From: Phoronis australis
Lineage: Eukaryota > Animalia > Phoronida
Length of the DNA: 64,000 bases
Reading direction: 5' to 3'
Assembly (NCBI GenBank): GCA_002633005.1
Contig: NMRA01000111.1
Coordinates: 544,720-608,719 of the forward strand
Below are positions 24,823 to 38,500 of this stretch, piece by piece. A program made the position numbers and the translations under genes. Position 1 is the stretch's first letter, and every line of letters begins with the position of its first letter. The notes below the pieces were generated by a model. It saw nothing but the letters and a program-made list of their open reading frames with translations, did not search any database and was not told the origin of the DNA.

Positions 24823-27800
24823 TTGAAAGATGGCAAAATTTTCTTCTTCCTTCTTCCTTTTGAGAGATGGCCGCACAACTTAGGGCTCTCACCAGCGAAT
24901 GCCGCCATACTGGTGTACATGGTGTGACGTCATCAACGATTGAGAGACTGATAATGGTTTCAAAACCCGACAGATGTAGTACTTGATGTCCATCCTCTGT
25001 TTACGTTTGAGTCTGCTGTGAGTGTGGCCGACAGAATTTAATTAACGCACAGCTTAGTCACAGTTCAACTTTAACTGCTCCGGAGACCAGTAGTTGCCAA
25101 CTGAGCCGCCGAGACAGATAATTCTCAAAGGTAAGGTCTGCCTTGAGTCAAAACGCATTGTTTAATATCTTTGCGCATTTATTCACGGACGGTTTGAATA
25201 TTTGTGTATGACTTGAGATTTGATAACTCCCTTGACACCGTGTAATGCTTCCAGTAAATAATGCATTTCCATTGCCCTTGATCACTAACTGGCGATGAGA
25301 AATGAAAAGTTTCGAACTAGTATAACGTGATGACATCGACAGTTTTAATTGTGCACGATAGTTTTCCCGAATAAATCAGTGATAGTAGACTGAGGAAATT
25401 GTTTTTCGACGATCACTGTGTCACTCTAATGAACAACATTATTGTCGACCAAATGAAATTCAAGTGATGTCATTGTTTCCACAAGTTCACAGTTGACAAA
25501 AAAATTACGAATTTCTTCTCGAAATGCCGCCGGGCAACAACCCTTTCTTAAATGGAGGGACTGACTCACAATTATTGAAAAAAGCTGTGGATGTGGAATG
25601 CATTTAAATTGACGCGTTTTAAGCGATTGTTAACACATGAGTTTGATTGAAGAACGTGCCTAAATGTAAAAAGGGTGATACAATTCGACTCTGATAAATT
25701 CTTTAAACGTGTGAAAATGGGACTCTGCATTTTACTGCATTTTGTTACAACACCTTTTTAAAGGCAGAAACCAACATGAAGTCTGGTAAAGTTTCATTCC
25801 CAGTGAATCAGGTTTCGTTTCATCTGTTCAAAAACCTGTAATATTTAGGTCATTACTTTGAGTTAAATGGTAATATTAATCTTTTTTGGAGAAAGATGCT
25901 CCTAACTGGGGCAGACTAGATGAGCAATATTATTGAACAGACCATGTTCACGTCAGCTTAGGTCGCCAAGCGATATTATGAAAAACAAGATGTAAACTGG
26001 TAGCAGTTATGCTTGAGCTCTAAGATTTTGTTTTTCTCTTCGATTTCCTAGCGACAAACAAATAAATCATTTTCTTATCCGTTGGTAGGCTAGAGAATCG
26101 TTAAGACAAAGTTATGAGTAACTTCAAACTTTTCATATGCGTCTGTAAATTATAGCAATCGAGCAGTACTACGACAGAAGCTGGACTAAAGAAATTTCTC
26201 AAAGTTAACTCTGGATACACGTTATGTGCCTGGAACTTTAATGCCACTACATTGTGGCTTGGGTTTTTGAGCATGAGCAAAGAGACGGAGACACAATAGC
26301 AATGTGAACGGTTACAGGAGATTCTTTTCCCACCTTTCTAGCTGGCTGTGTGCTGGAGGTTCGAGTACCCTGAAAGTGCGGGCGTTTCCGCCAGCACCGT
26401 TTTGTCGTCAGACCGCTTACTTCAAAAGACACACGCGCGTCTGGGTACGAGGCCGTTGTTTATCGCTGCATTAATTAATTTGTGGCAGAAACTGAACGTG
26501 TTTTGATATCAATTTCGCGTAAAAGCGGTTCGGGTGGTAAGGAAACAAACTAATTGCTGGCGAAAATTACCTCTTCGTCTGTATTACTAAAACGCTAGCG
26601 TTTTAGCCTGTGAAACCGGTAGCGTTTTCGCCACTCATATGAAGCTGGTTTCAGGCAGGTCCGACAATATTGATGGGGGAATGATAGATTGCCGGGTGTT
26701 AAACAAATTAAGCGAGTTAATTGAAAACATATGGACTCGATCAACTGTACAGTTTCATAACAAAAAAGTCTAAAGGAGCTCTGCTTCCCCCGCAGTTTAT
26801 TTCGAGTGCGGCTAAATGTTGAATTTTCTTGCCATTTTCCTTTGCTTACGCCATAAATGATATAAAAATATTGGATTTTAAGCGAAAATCAACTAAATGG
26901 AAACGTGAATGCCATTCATTGCTACCTGCTGCGAATGAAAATGCAGACACGTGGGAAATAAATAGGTAGGCGGATGCATTGCGTTTGGTGGGCGTTTTAA
27001 ATTGGGATATCTACATGGTGTACCAATGAAAACTCATTGTCCTGGGGTCTAAGATCCGTACTGTGAAAACTCGACTCGAAATTCGACCAATGGGATGGAA
27101 CGTTTCGAATAAACTTAAAAATTTCTAGTCCCGTACCGGTAACGCTCAAGAAGCTAGTTCTTTTGTTAAATTAATGTGGTTTAACTGTGGTCCAAAGCTA
27201 CTAGGTCTGCACTCAAAAATGGAATATATGAACAGGGCAGTGGTACACACTATACCATTAGTTGACAAAATAGCGAAGATTTTCACGGGGAAGACACATT
27301 TCACTCACCTGAGAAGACAATAAGGCGATCGGAAGCGATTTGGGACCTGATCAATGTAGAGTAGACACTAGGTGGCGGTACATTCTAATACTGCTGGTGC
27401 GTCTTACGATTTTCTGCAAAGTACGCTTCATAAAAGTAACGTCGCTATATAAGTGTCATTTGAGCATGGAGGGGTATCTCAGGAGGAGCCTGTGGGCGTG
27501 ATTTGTTGAGAAGCTTGTGGAGGTCCTGTATAATGGCCACCGTCTCTGAACCCGGTAGCACTGCTTGGGTAGAAACGCCAACCTGTCTGCAAATAAGTAT
27601 TAACAGACACTGGAATACAGGTAGAAACGGTCGTTGAACAATTTGGAATAAATTTGCAAATCAAAACGTTTTAATGCGTTTGGTACTTCCTATGCCCTGT
27701 GAAGTAAAACATTGTAGGCGTGTTATTCATCATCAAATTGGACAATTCTCAAAGCCTATTCATTCATGACCTGAGGGCGTCATTTTTAAAAAGGCAAGAA

Positions 27801-29239
27801 GCCATTTTTGATTACACCTTTACTAAAAGACTATCCTTTGCTGTCTTAGAGAGACAATTTCCGTGTCGATCTTAATTCCCTTGAAGTGCATTTATTGTGT
27901 TCCCTCGATAGAAGTGAATGCAGACGCAAGACAAGGGCCATCTGGTAGTCTGCCTTTCATATCACTCTCTCGACTGTTCCTTGGACAGAAAATACACGCC
28001 GCAACGGGAATAGAAATGTCATCGCGGAAAATATTTCTCCAAGATAATCAAGGATACGCATTTTTAGTAAACGAAACACCAAACAGTAGCTTTCCCCGAG
28101 TTCACTACAAATGGCTTCAGCATGCAGGCACGACATTTGTACACTAGATTTGGCTACCGGATCTCCGTTGAGTGTCTCATTGACCAAGACCGTTAAATGA
28201 ACTAACTTACATACTGCACCGATTCGCCACTCGCAAATGACATTTCAAGTTGGATTGCCGTTAAGTAGAGTAATTAAACGGCAACATTTTACAATTTGGG
28301 AGTACCAATTTTTGGTAAGGACATGGTATATTATCATTCAGATAAATTTCTTAAATACTATTAATGTATAACATATAGCATACTTTTTCGAATTAGCAAA
28401 CAGGAACACAAACGTCGATCAACCCGTGTTAAATTGACTTCAAGCTGGATAGGGGTTGTGCATTCCCTTCCAACTCATCCAAAGCCTCGAAAAAGTCCTT
28501 CTGAATCTAGACAAACCTTGTAGTTCTATTGTAGATATGCTACCGGTCAAGCATCACTGGATTTTCTTCTAGTGACCACGCGTTAGGCATTGACTTTTTA
28601 TTCGAATGTTGGCCAAGCTCAGCGAGTGTTATTTTGTTGATACTTTCTAGCAACCATTTGCACGTTTTTCATAATAGTTTTTAAGCATAAAGTCATACTC
28701 TTTCTCTCCCAATTTTTTATAAGAGGCACTTTAAAGTAGACCATATTTTACTTTGTTTTCTCTACACAATAAAGTCTCTGACTGGTGAAATTCGTTTAAG
28801 CACGAGCGTCGAATTACTTTCTGGTGAACGTGTTTACTTTTGTGAGTTCGCAATTATATTGGATTTATACTTAGCTATCCAATTATATTGGATTTATAAT
28901 TAGCTATCCAATTTCTTGCAAATTCAAGTCAGGCTGCATGCTGACGCAGTTTCTTCATTAGCGACATGTATTACATCGAGTGGGAGTTGAACGACCACTC
29001 AGACTTCTCTTTGCAGGTGGTGTAAGCGGCCAAAAGGTAAAACTAATTAACTTCTTCATACTGGATGAGATCAGAGCAGCTTACCAATCACTAATATCTG
29101 TTGAAATAAACAAAATGTGTTAACAAATATTAACCACGATTGTATTTATAGTTCTTATTTCCGTCGCTGGTGTTTTTTTATAAAGCAAAGCTTGAGACGT
29201 CACTCATTTGCTATCACAGTAGTGACACTCCAGGCGTGC

Positions 29240-29377
29240 GTTCAGTAACGCTAGGACCTACGCTAGGTCGTAGCTAAAATCTAGCCAGAGTCACATGTTC
29301 TCATTTGAAATACACGGCAATATCTCACGTAATCTCGCGAAGTCTTGCTTTTTAGCGAGGTCCTAGCGTTACTGAAC
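29240..29377. mobile_element. Small hairpin MITE
   Basis: Perfect 20-bp inverted repeat gttcagtaacgctaggacct / aggtcctagcgttactgaac. Confidence 0.7.
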
Positions 29378-29384
29378 TGGCAGG

Positions 29385-29538
29385 ATCAAGTTGCATGCAT
29401 AAAAATTATACGCCGTATATCAACAATGACGTCTCGTTATCACGCGTCGTGTTGTTATTGTTAAACACCGCACCTGACGTCATGTAACAATTAAACTTAT
29501 CCAGAGGATAATTTTGAAGTTTTACGCAACCCAGCCCA
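29385..29538. mobile_element. Second copy of the 16846-16995 MITE
   Basis: Shares ttatacgccgtatatcaacaatgacgtc, tgacgtcatg.aacaat.aa.cttatccag.ggataa and the gcaac.cagccc end. Confidence 0.75.
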
Positions 29539-31164
29539 GATGCGAGGAAGTACTCAGAAAGAAATGGTCTGGATATGATTTGCAAACTAATTAACAGTGA
29601 AAACTTCAATAATTTGAAGAATTTATCTTAAGACATCATTCACAACAATTTTACAAGGCATCTGGTTTAGAGGATGATTTACGTGTTGCTAAGAAACGAA
29701 TAACAGCTGCACCAATCCGAACGGAGTCTGTCTGAGTCATGACAACATCGCTTGCTATCTTTCCCATCTGCCTGTCCCTTAGTGAACATGATTTTCACAG
29801 AAAGAACCCAGACCGGTTTACTTTTCTGGCACGCAAAAAAGGTTCAGAAATGTGTCAAAATTTCGTTATTTTCTCAAATATTTCAAGTATATTTGTCATT
29901 GGAGTCGTCCTAAACTACTCTTATAATAGCCAAATTGAAGATAACGTGGCTGACATTTCAAATCAAACCGCCTCCGATGCCAACACCACCGTGTCATTTT
30001 TTCATCTCATATGGAGTCACGTACTCTTACGCCACCGCTGAATAATGGCGCTGAATATAACTTTTCGACATACCTCAATGGGCGCTTTTTAAACACAGAA
30101 TCACTTATGAAAAATGGACGTTTCTGAATTCTCTCCCCGAGTCTCTTTCGGAAAGCCTTGGTCGCGTATAAGAGAATAATCCTGAGAAAATACGGCCTAT
30201 AGTAAAACTATGAATGTCTGGATACACCTTGATGTAGTAGAATTCTCACTCATTGTAATATCGAATAACATCCTCCTCGACAAACACTGAATAATACTGT
30301 GAAATTTTGTGCGCAGCAATATCCTGCAGTCGTTGATGGATCTGCAGTGAGTTGCTGAAAGCTTCAAACTACGTTTTTTGCCCAACGTACACTGGTTATT
30401 AAGTAGCATGCATGTTGAACAGAAACCAGTGCTTGAGTATTCAAATGTCTGTTTGTGTTATTTCTCAATGGATAAAATTTCGTAGATTACCCCTGATAAT
30501 CTTTCGCCCGAGTTTAGACTAACGTCAGTATTCCTCGACCGAAAATGCTGCTGGCGAATATTGCAGCTTATTTCAGTTGACTTTAAAGCGGGAAATCACA
30601 AGATTTTGCAACTTTTACAAAACTTTCATTGTATCCTCAAAGGCAGAAGAGACGGGCGTTTGAGGTATAGGCACAGTTTGTTCACTAACAAAAAATGCTC
30701 AAAGGTGGTAATAATTTCGCTCTAACACATCACCGGTTTATTAGACACCATCAAGGAGGAACTAAATATTAATATTATGATATTAAATATTCTGATATTG
30801 GCTTCACTTGATTGACTTCGCCGGTTCTGCCGAGTAAACCCGCTAAAACATTTGATTGGTTGAAAAGCAGGACATTAACTGTGGCGTCCATGTCACCAAG
30901 CAGTTTAGGCAGATACTCTGCCCGCCGATCAAACTCCTTGGAACATGCATGGAGCAAGCGACCGCTTTAATTTCCCACGGGTACATTATTGAACTAGACA
31001 CCATGCGTTAAATAAATTATTAATACTCAACACATTTGTAAAAATCTATTTGCACTGTTTCTTGTACCCAGGTGCGTAGTTGAGTTACGTTTACGTCCTT
31101 GCTTACATTAAAGCAAACCTCACATTCGCCCAACCAACACCTGAGCTCCCTCAGTCATCTTCCC

Positions 31165-31425
31165 CATGCGCGCACTCAGGGTGGGGGGGGGCTCGGGGGG
31201 CTCGACCCCCCATTTGGCGAAGTGGGCAAAAACGCCTGCCTCTGAGAGACAAAAAGTCCGAGAAAATGAGGCAAAAGTCCACTAAACATGCACAAACGCT
31301 CAATTCACGGTGGTGCTCCTTTTTTTTTTTTTTCTTTTTAGCCGGTCCGCCCGCTTTTTTGTTACCAAAAGGTCCACAAAGTCAGGAATTCGAGCCCCCC
31401 ATATTGAAGGCTGGGTGCGCGCATG
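31165..31425. mobile_element. MITE of the same family as 3245-3495
   Basis: Collinear with 3245-3495 over its whole length. Flanks TTCCC / CTCCC match at 4 of 5 positions, consistent with a TSD. Confidence 0.85.
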
Positions 31426-32028
31426 CTCCCGAATTTCAGAGTTATGTCAGTAATCCACAAAATATTGTGCCAAATTTCTATCTTTTCCTACCGTTACACG
31501 GATTCGTTAACTATCGGAAAATGTTATCGCACAACCATTTTCAAATGGTGATCGGCAAAAGAATATAATATATTTGTTACGTCTAACTTCATTTTCTTGT
31601 TAAAAACGAACGTCATCCATTTGGGAATTCGTTTCTATACAGTACCTGTGTCTACCTTTATTATTTTTGTGTTTGCTAAGATTACTGAAACTGGTGCGCT
31701 CACAACAAAAAGGCATTCGAGTTCCTATACTAGACTCGATTCACCAATGTTTATGGTGCTGTTAAGTGGTTGTTGAACCTAAAAAAATAAAACCGTTTAC
31801 CCAAACTGGTTCTGGGACTACCTCAAATCAGGCCCCAACAAGCTGGGTTTAGGAGTAACCTACTGCACGAGCTGGCTTAGGGGTAACCCCTTCGAGCTAG
31901 ATTCGAGAGTACCCTCAAACGGCTCTTGAGAAACACCCGAGCTGGGTGTGGGAGTACACAACGAGATGACTGTGGATCACCTTTATTAGCTGGGTGTAAC
32001 AGTGCCCCCATCTGGACTTGGCAGTACA

Positions 32029-32177
32029 CATGGGCAGCGCACCATAGGGGGCTGGGGAGGCCATAACCCCCCACTTTTTTCAGTGCTGCGCCGCCCATGG
32101 TCTATAGGTGGCGCACCACTGGGTGGCTGGGGGGCTTTAGCCCCCCTCCCCAATTTTTTTCACTGCTGCGCCTCATG
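32029..32177. mobile_element. Tandem dimer of a ~70-bp CATG-terminated mini-MITE, TSD GTACA
   Basis: catgggcagcgca...tgcgccgcccatg is followed by a second diverged unit ending ctgcgcctcatg. GTACA at 32024-32028 and 32178-32182. Confidence 0.6.
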
Positions 32178-33778
32178 GTACACACTGTGGTGGGTGTGGG
32201 GGTACTCTTGTGTGCTAGATCTGGAAGTACCCCCTCGATTTGCGGGTACCTACCGACTTACAAGTATCCCAACCTTGCCTCGGAAGCTGGCTAAGGCAGT
32301 AGCCCCCCCATCTGGCCTTGGGAGTACTCTCCACGCCGGCTTTGGAAAGTACTCTTGGAGTCATACCATTTTTTGCTTTGTCATTTGGGTATCGACAGTC
32401 CGATTTATTGCAATCTTTTAACAAATAGGGTCACAACACATGCCCGATGTACTGCATGATGGCCCATTTTGTAATAAAACACGCCGTTGTAATAAATCGG
32501 GGGCACATCAACGCTGTGTGGTTAAAGCTGAACTATCTGAAGGGTTTTCGCAGGTTAGAACTCTCGAAATGGCCAGACAGCATTTGTGCAAGTACATTTT
32601 ACTACGTCTTATATTTTGATTTTCCGTCATAGAATCAATAAACAAAAGCACCCATCTTAACCACTTCTAGATCCCACTCTTAACCGCAGTACAAAACAGC
32701 CTTGCTTCATTAATGGAATTGTCTTTCCATGTTTGCTTTAGATAATACAAGTACATGGACATGGCAGGCGAAATTGCATGTAGAGGCACCTAATGTGCCA
32801 ACAGCGCTGTCAAGAAGTATTGAGATCAGTTTAAACCGCAGTTAAAACAATAAGGGCGTCTGCGATATATCTACGCCATTAGTTCGTTCAATAAGTCCTG
32901 ACGTGTGAGTGCAGGGAGATATTCTGTTGATTTCGTTTTGATAAACAGGAAAGACTTGTTATTTGATTACGGCTCGTTCGCCACAGATACTGCTCCTGAC
33001 GAAAATTCTGCATAAGAATTGTACAGTGTTTCCGTAAGAACCGCATCCGTTACTCTCTTCTATCAGAACTCAGACCACTGAACACTACGTTTGTTACTTT
33101 GAGGTCACAAAAACGACACCAGTCTCTGTGTATTCAACAGTTTTTCATCAACTCTGCCTATTAATGTCATTGGACAAACAGTGAAACTCTGCAGTATAAA
33201 TTGACTGAAAATATTTGTGTATTTTGTCAGTTTTTCCACGTGGTCGCAATTACATATGACAACAGCCGGCCCTAAAGACTGTCATAATCACTTGGGAACG
33301 GTAATACAACACCACTACTTTCACAGTTACGGGACGTTAAACCCAAAGTAGTATCGTTTTAGTAGCAAAGCGTCTGCATTCTGTTTACAAGATCGGTCTA
33401 ATATGAGTGATGGGAAGATGATTGACTATAGATCCTTATTTGCATCGTTTGCACAGTCAAAAATACAATGTTTATTTCCCATCATTAAACATACATGACA
33501 TGACATGCTGTTGGTTTTATCAGATACGCAGAAATGCTTCAGATTCCTTCCCAACCTTTATAATACGGAGAGCGTGACCTTGGTTGTAGCTATATATATA
33601 CACTTTCACGGCGGTTTTATCAACGCAATTAATGGTGTGTTCTCTGCTTATTGTTTTATTTAGGGTCGCCAAGTGACCTCGAGATGCCGGGGTCTCCGAC
33701 GACGCAACAAATCAGTTAGAATAACAACCAGTCAGACGTTTGTTAGAATCCAGCGTGCGGTGCCGACGCAGGGAGAGA

Positions 33779-34177
33779 ATGAACATATTCAGGGGGAACA
33801 ACAACGAACGGAAAGAAAAACTCCAAGATGAAATCAACCAGTTGATTGGGGATTACGACAAGGAGACGGCTGAATACGATAAACTACATGATACGATCGA
33901 GACATTGCAGGAAGAGTATGACAGGTCCAAACAGGAAGCATTCCACAGACGTTATGGTGTTTTGAAGAATTTAATTAAGAAAAATGTGAGAAAAATCAGA
34001 CAAATGGATCGTCAGGCGATGATGATGAGTAAGAATGGCCAACAATCGCAAATCGGTGGAGTTGTGTCAAAGTTATTGATGCAATGCCAAGAGTACGCCG
34101 AGACGTCAAAAATGCAGTCGACAGAGAAAGTGTTAAGAGACTACACAAGTAAGCTGTTAGTGACGAGTGAGGTTTAG
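33779..34177 (+). CDS. Uncharacterised 132-aa helical/coiled-coil protein (paralog A)
   Basis: ATG at 33779 with an in-frame stop upstream (33722), behind a strong acceptor ttgttttatttag at 33663, so the exon also holds 5'UTR. Protein-like heptad composition. Ungapped similarity to the exon at 39932-40134. Confidence 0.75.
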   Translation: MNIFRGNNNERKEKLQDEINQLIGDYDKETAEYDKLHDTIETLQEEYDRSKQEAFHRRYGVLKNLIKKNVRKIRQMDRQAMMMSKNGQQSQIGGVVSKLLMQCQEYAETSKMQSTEKVLRDYTSKLLVTSEV

Positions 34178-34250
34178 TATATGTATTCATAATAATTGTT
34201 AGTGCATCGTTTGAATAACTGCAACTCACATCTATACTTTACACAAACCG

Positions 34251-34375
34251 CGATCGCTTTTGCATGAATACGACTCGATCGCTTTTGCATGAATACGACT
34301 CGATCGCTTTTGCATGAATACGACTCGATCGCTTTTGCATGAATACGACTCGATCGCTTTTGCATGAATACGACT
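34251..34375. repeat. Five perfect tandem copies of the 25-mer cgatcgcttttgcatgaatacgact
   Basis: Directly visible; no spacers. Confidence 0.97.
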
Positions 34376-37300
34376 TTTTGTAGTGTAGGTATCGGTTTTA
34401 CGACCGGAAGACGCATTGTTGAGATTATGGCCATGGAATACAAATTTCTCGAAATAATTTGCTTAGACCAGAACTATAAAACGAAATTCGTCTGGTTTTT
34501 GTAATTTTATCATAAATCGACAAATTTCGTTGCTGTCTGCCAGACATTTGTTTGAAATGCACTTACCTCCAACAGCAGAGCGTTATTTTGCGACCGCGGG
34601 GGTTGCTGGTTCGATTCCGAGTTGAGGCCGATCTCAGAAAATTACTTTGGTCGCCGACAATGTCGAAATCGAAGGAAGGGCCTTATATGTAATGTCAAGT
34701 TACGTTTTGTACTATATTTCGAACGTGAACGACTGGTTAAATTTCTGTCTGGAAAAATGTACTTTTTCGCACCGAAAATAAATTACCCATCGGGTGGTAA
34801 TTACTTTAAACCGATTGAGTTATGCCCCGCGTTCTCCAAGTTCATATCACCGATCCCGATGTTATATTATGACTATCTTCAATAACTATTTACAAAAATA
34901 GATGGCATTAAAACTCTAGGATATGTTGATAAAAGGTTGTGTCCAATGAATTCAAACCCAATAGGTTGAATGGCAAACTAACCTTCTGCAACAACTTATA
35001 ATGCGTGTTGAGGATATCCTGAAGCAAGCAGACTTCATTAGCGCGTGTATATTGGTTGTTGGTGTTCTTTGAAAGTCTACATATGCAGACAGACATGTAC
35101 ACAAACATTGAACAAATTTACAACTTCAAAGATGATTTTCCGTTTAATACTTGAAGCTGGTATCATGTTGTTAGCTGAACAACTTACTTGAAAGTTAACC
35201 AGCTTAGCATACAGAGCTTACGAGTTGAACTTGTTGACTTTGTTCCATCAGTATAGTTCGGTAGCTGCTCTTCATTGACACAAACTTGGTTGAAGACGAC
35301 TGTACTATTGGTTAGACTCGGTCGTATTCTCTATTCAATCTCCTATCAGTTCTCTTACATTCATCAGCATATTGCTCTAATTTCTAAGCGCGTACTCAAT
35401 TTGCCTTTGCATCAATAGTCCGGCGGCCAAGGCACATTTCATTGGGATTTGTTTTTGACTACGGAGAACAAAGCCCGGGAAACATGCATGCTAATTTAGA
35501 ACATGTGGAATGTACTATTTGTCACGGCGTTTAGTTGCCCTGGCTATGCTGTTGCTTCCAAAAACGCAATACGTACTTAATGCAAGAAAATCAGTCTATG
35601 AAACTTTGTGGCATAACGCCAAAAAGCAAAGTTGGTTCTGGCGTCGCTTTCCGTAGACACGAGAGCCTTGCAAAAACGCAAAATATCGCAATGTATTACA
35701 AGTGAAGCACGTTATCACACCAGCTACTTTCGCAAGATTGAGTCTACGGAACTTATCACGGGTAATGAAATAAGTCCATGGCCGCCAAAGTTTCTTTTTT
35801 AATACCTCCACAAAGGCACAGAAGTAAGGATTTAAACATCGTGACTTGTCCAGTGAGGCATAAGTATCTGCACATGTACGTGATGCTCCGCTTCGCACGC
35901 CGCCCCCAATTCCTCGTTTCTCCTCTACCCCTCGCCTCCCTCGCCCCGCCCCTACATCATGTATCAGTTTTTAATGACATTTTTATTTTTCAAACGGCTT
36001 TGCATGGCGTAGAATTCACATACGAACGCACTATCGTTCTGTTTGAGCTGTTTATCTGACGACTTGTTTTGTTAATATTTTTATAGTATTCAACACGACA
36101 CTGGTCGATTTCAGTTTAAATTTGTGTGTTAAAATAGTAAATCGCTGATTGAGTTCTTCTTACGTTGTGTAACGGTGGGTCTGGAGTCGCAAGCATTATA
36201 TGTAAGGTTCACATGCCGTTGATAGATCGGACGTGTGGACTGTCGCCTGAGAAAAATCCTGTGTGAACGCTTGTCAGCCGTCAGATCAGTGATTCGCCCT
36301 CTGTGACAGATCTGCCTACCCTGAGAAGGCTATATTCCAATGACGGCTTGAATTGGAGTTAGTTGTTCATTCAAGACGATTGCACGTGACTGGTCAGAAT
36401 ATTAGCATTTTGTATATTGATACAGTAGTTATAAGACAGTAGATAACACGCCTTTGTGCTTGCTCAGTTTATATACAATAAGGGCGTAAGAACTGTTCTG
36501 CCCTACCTGCTTTATTATAAACATTTCATCTAAGGATATATAAGACCTTACTTCTAAACTTTTGAGTTTTTTTACAATACTGCCTACCTGTGTGGATGAA
36601 TCTTTTTTCTCCATTTCTAGTTAACTTTAAAATCGACATCTTGCCTGTTCATGGAAGAAAAAACGGTTTCCCGGACACACCTCAACCGCTTGGAAATTTG
36701 TTTTCTTATGAGTTATAAGGTTTCAGAGCTATTATTCAAATTGAATTTCTCACCAGGCATAGAGCACTTCCGAATATATCCACAATCCTTGAGTCAACGA
36801 GGTGTACATAGTCTAGAAAGACGCCACAGAAAACGACGACAAAACGTAATTTTGATCTTGGGGAACTTAGTTGTGAGTCTGCGTGCTTACTACCGTTGAG
36901 AACGAATGCTTCCCCGAAGTCACCGCGATGGTATACGACTTTGTGTTCACGACTGAACACGAAAAATTGTGAAAAAAGATAAATCCTCACCCAAGTTAGT
37001 TAATCTCATCATTTACTTGGGGTTTCGCTGTTTCGATCTCGTGGTCACGGAGCCCTTTAGTACCGTCTCGATTTCTATTATCCTCTCACTGGCGCGTGGT
37101 GTCCTTACTGCTGACTCCGTCTTTGACCTAGTTTGACTCGAGACACATGAAATCCCACGTGCAAAATCAACACGTTTTTATAGTGATAATTAACTTATTT
37201 ACGCTCTGCAAATTCAGTTGACATAGCGAGTGAATGTTGAAACAACGAACATGGTTAAGAACATGTATGGGTTATATTGACCAAAAATAAGTTTTAACCG

Positions 37301-38490
37301 AACAGGTTAGCCAGAAGCGTCCGATTTTCAAGACTCGTGTTATTTTCCGCTTTTTCTCGACTTCGGTAAATCGACTCTGAACTCAGGAACACGAGTTCTT
37401 GAAAACGGCTCGATGGATTTCATTGAAACTTTTCAGTCTTCATACTTATGTATCAATCTCAAAAACTTTTTAGGATGCTTTCTTGAAGTCCTAGTTTTAT
37501 TGTACTGTGCAATAGACGAATAGGGCCGCTGTTTTTTTTGTTTTTACAAAAAATGCCTTTTGTTTTGCGAGTTAATTTGGCGCAAAAGCCAAGCTAAATG
37601 AGTAATCCAAAATTCCCAATAGATATCAGCAAGTTTTCACTTAAAGAAGGTTTCGTTAAAATCGACTAAAAGGCACTTATGCTGTGAATGTACCTTTGTT
37701 AAAAATGAAAATTTGAATTAACTAGTATGACCACGTAATAGTAACAATGACACGTGAGTATAAAGTTTATTTTTATAATCCCTGATCTTTCTTCTTTGAA
37801 AAAATATCTAATTTTGCAGGTTGACACAGCCTAGTTTTTCTGGTAATTGACTTTGAATTAACGTTCCTCAGTAAAGTTTTGGCAAATAAAAGATTCTACC
37901 AAAGGCCAGCTCAAGAGAGCAGTAACTAGTAAAACTCAGATTCACTGAACCACATAGATATTTAAAACATGTCTTGACCTTTCAAAGTGTTCCGTTTGTA
38001 ATGAACCGAACAAACTGTTAGTTCAAGGAAAAGTCATACTCAAGTCTGCCAATTCTGTTTAGTATACACCAGAAGCACTGGCATGATGCGTATTAACAAT
38101 CACCATAGTAACGGAGTGTGCTTGACCTAACTTTACCGGCCATCATTCACAGCATCTTAGACAGCCGATGATTAATGGCTACCAGAAGGAAGCCGGGTTA
38201 ATTTCTGTTGGAACGTTATTTGACATTTTCGTCGGCATAAGATGGATATTGAGTTTAATGGCCAATTTCAAATATTTCACCATGGGAATTCCAAAAAGGT
38301 GTTTCATCAATTACATCATTCTTCAATGCCACTAGAAATCAAGCACACGAGCGAGTCGTCCACACGAACCAGAAGTGAATCATTCAAAGGCCTGCCCACC
38401 TCAATATCGTGTGCAGAAACAAACGAATACATATACGAACAGCAAACTCATTCGCACGAGCACCGTGTCATTTGTTGGATCCACGAGTCG

Positions 38491-38500
38491 ATGAGTTTCG
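38491..38500 (+). CDS. Candidate first coding exon (ATG AGT TTC G) of paralog B
   Basis: The phase-1 donor g|gtaaat fits the phase-1 acceptor at 39932 and gives MSFDKSTSEL..., an N-terminus of similar length to paralog A. The frame is also open back to ATG 38242. Confidence 0.4.

Noticed and set aside
30775-30957. 60-aa minus-strand ORF with protein-like composition
   Set aside because: No ATG, no convincing splice boundaries and no recognisable homology.
34251-34375. CRISPR-like array of 25-bp repeats
   Set aside because: The repeats are contiguous with no spacers, there are no cas genes, and the context is a spliceosomal eukaryote.
34570-34630. tRNA gene (ggttcgattcc B-box); similar traces near 48240-48335 and 54100-54170
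   Set aside because: No complete cloverleaf can be folded. At most these are degraded tRNA-derived SINE heads.
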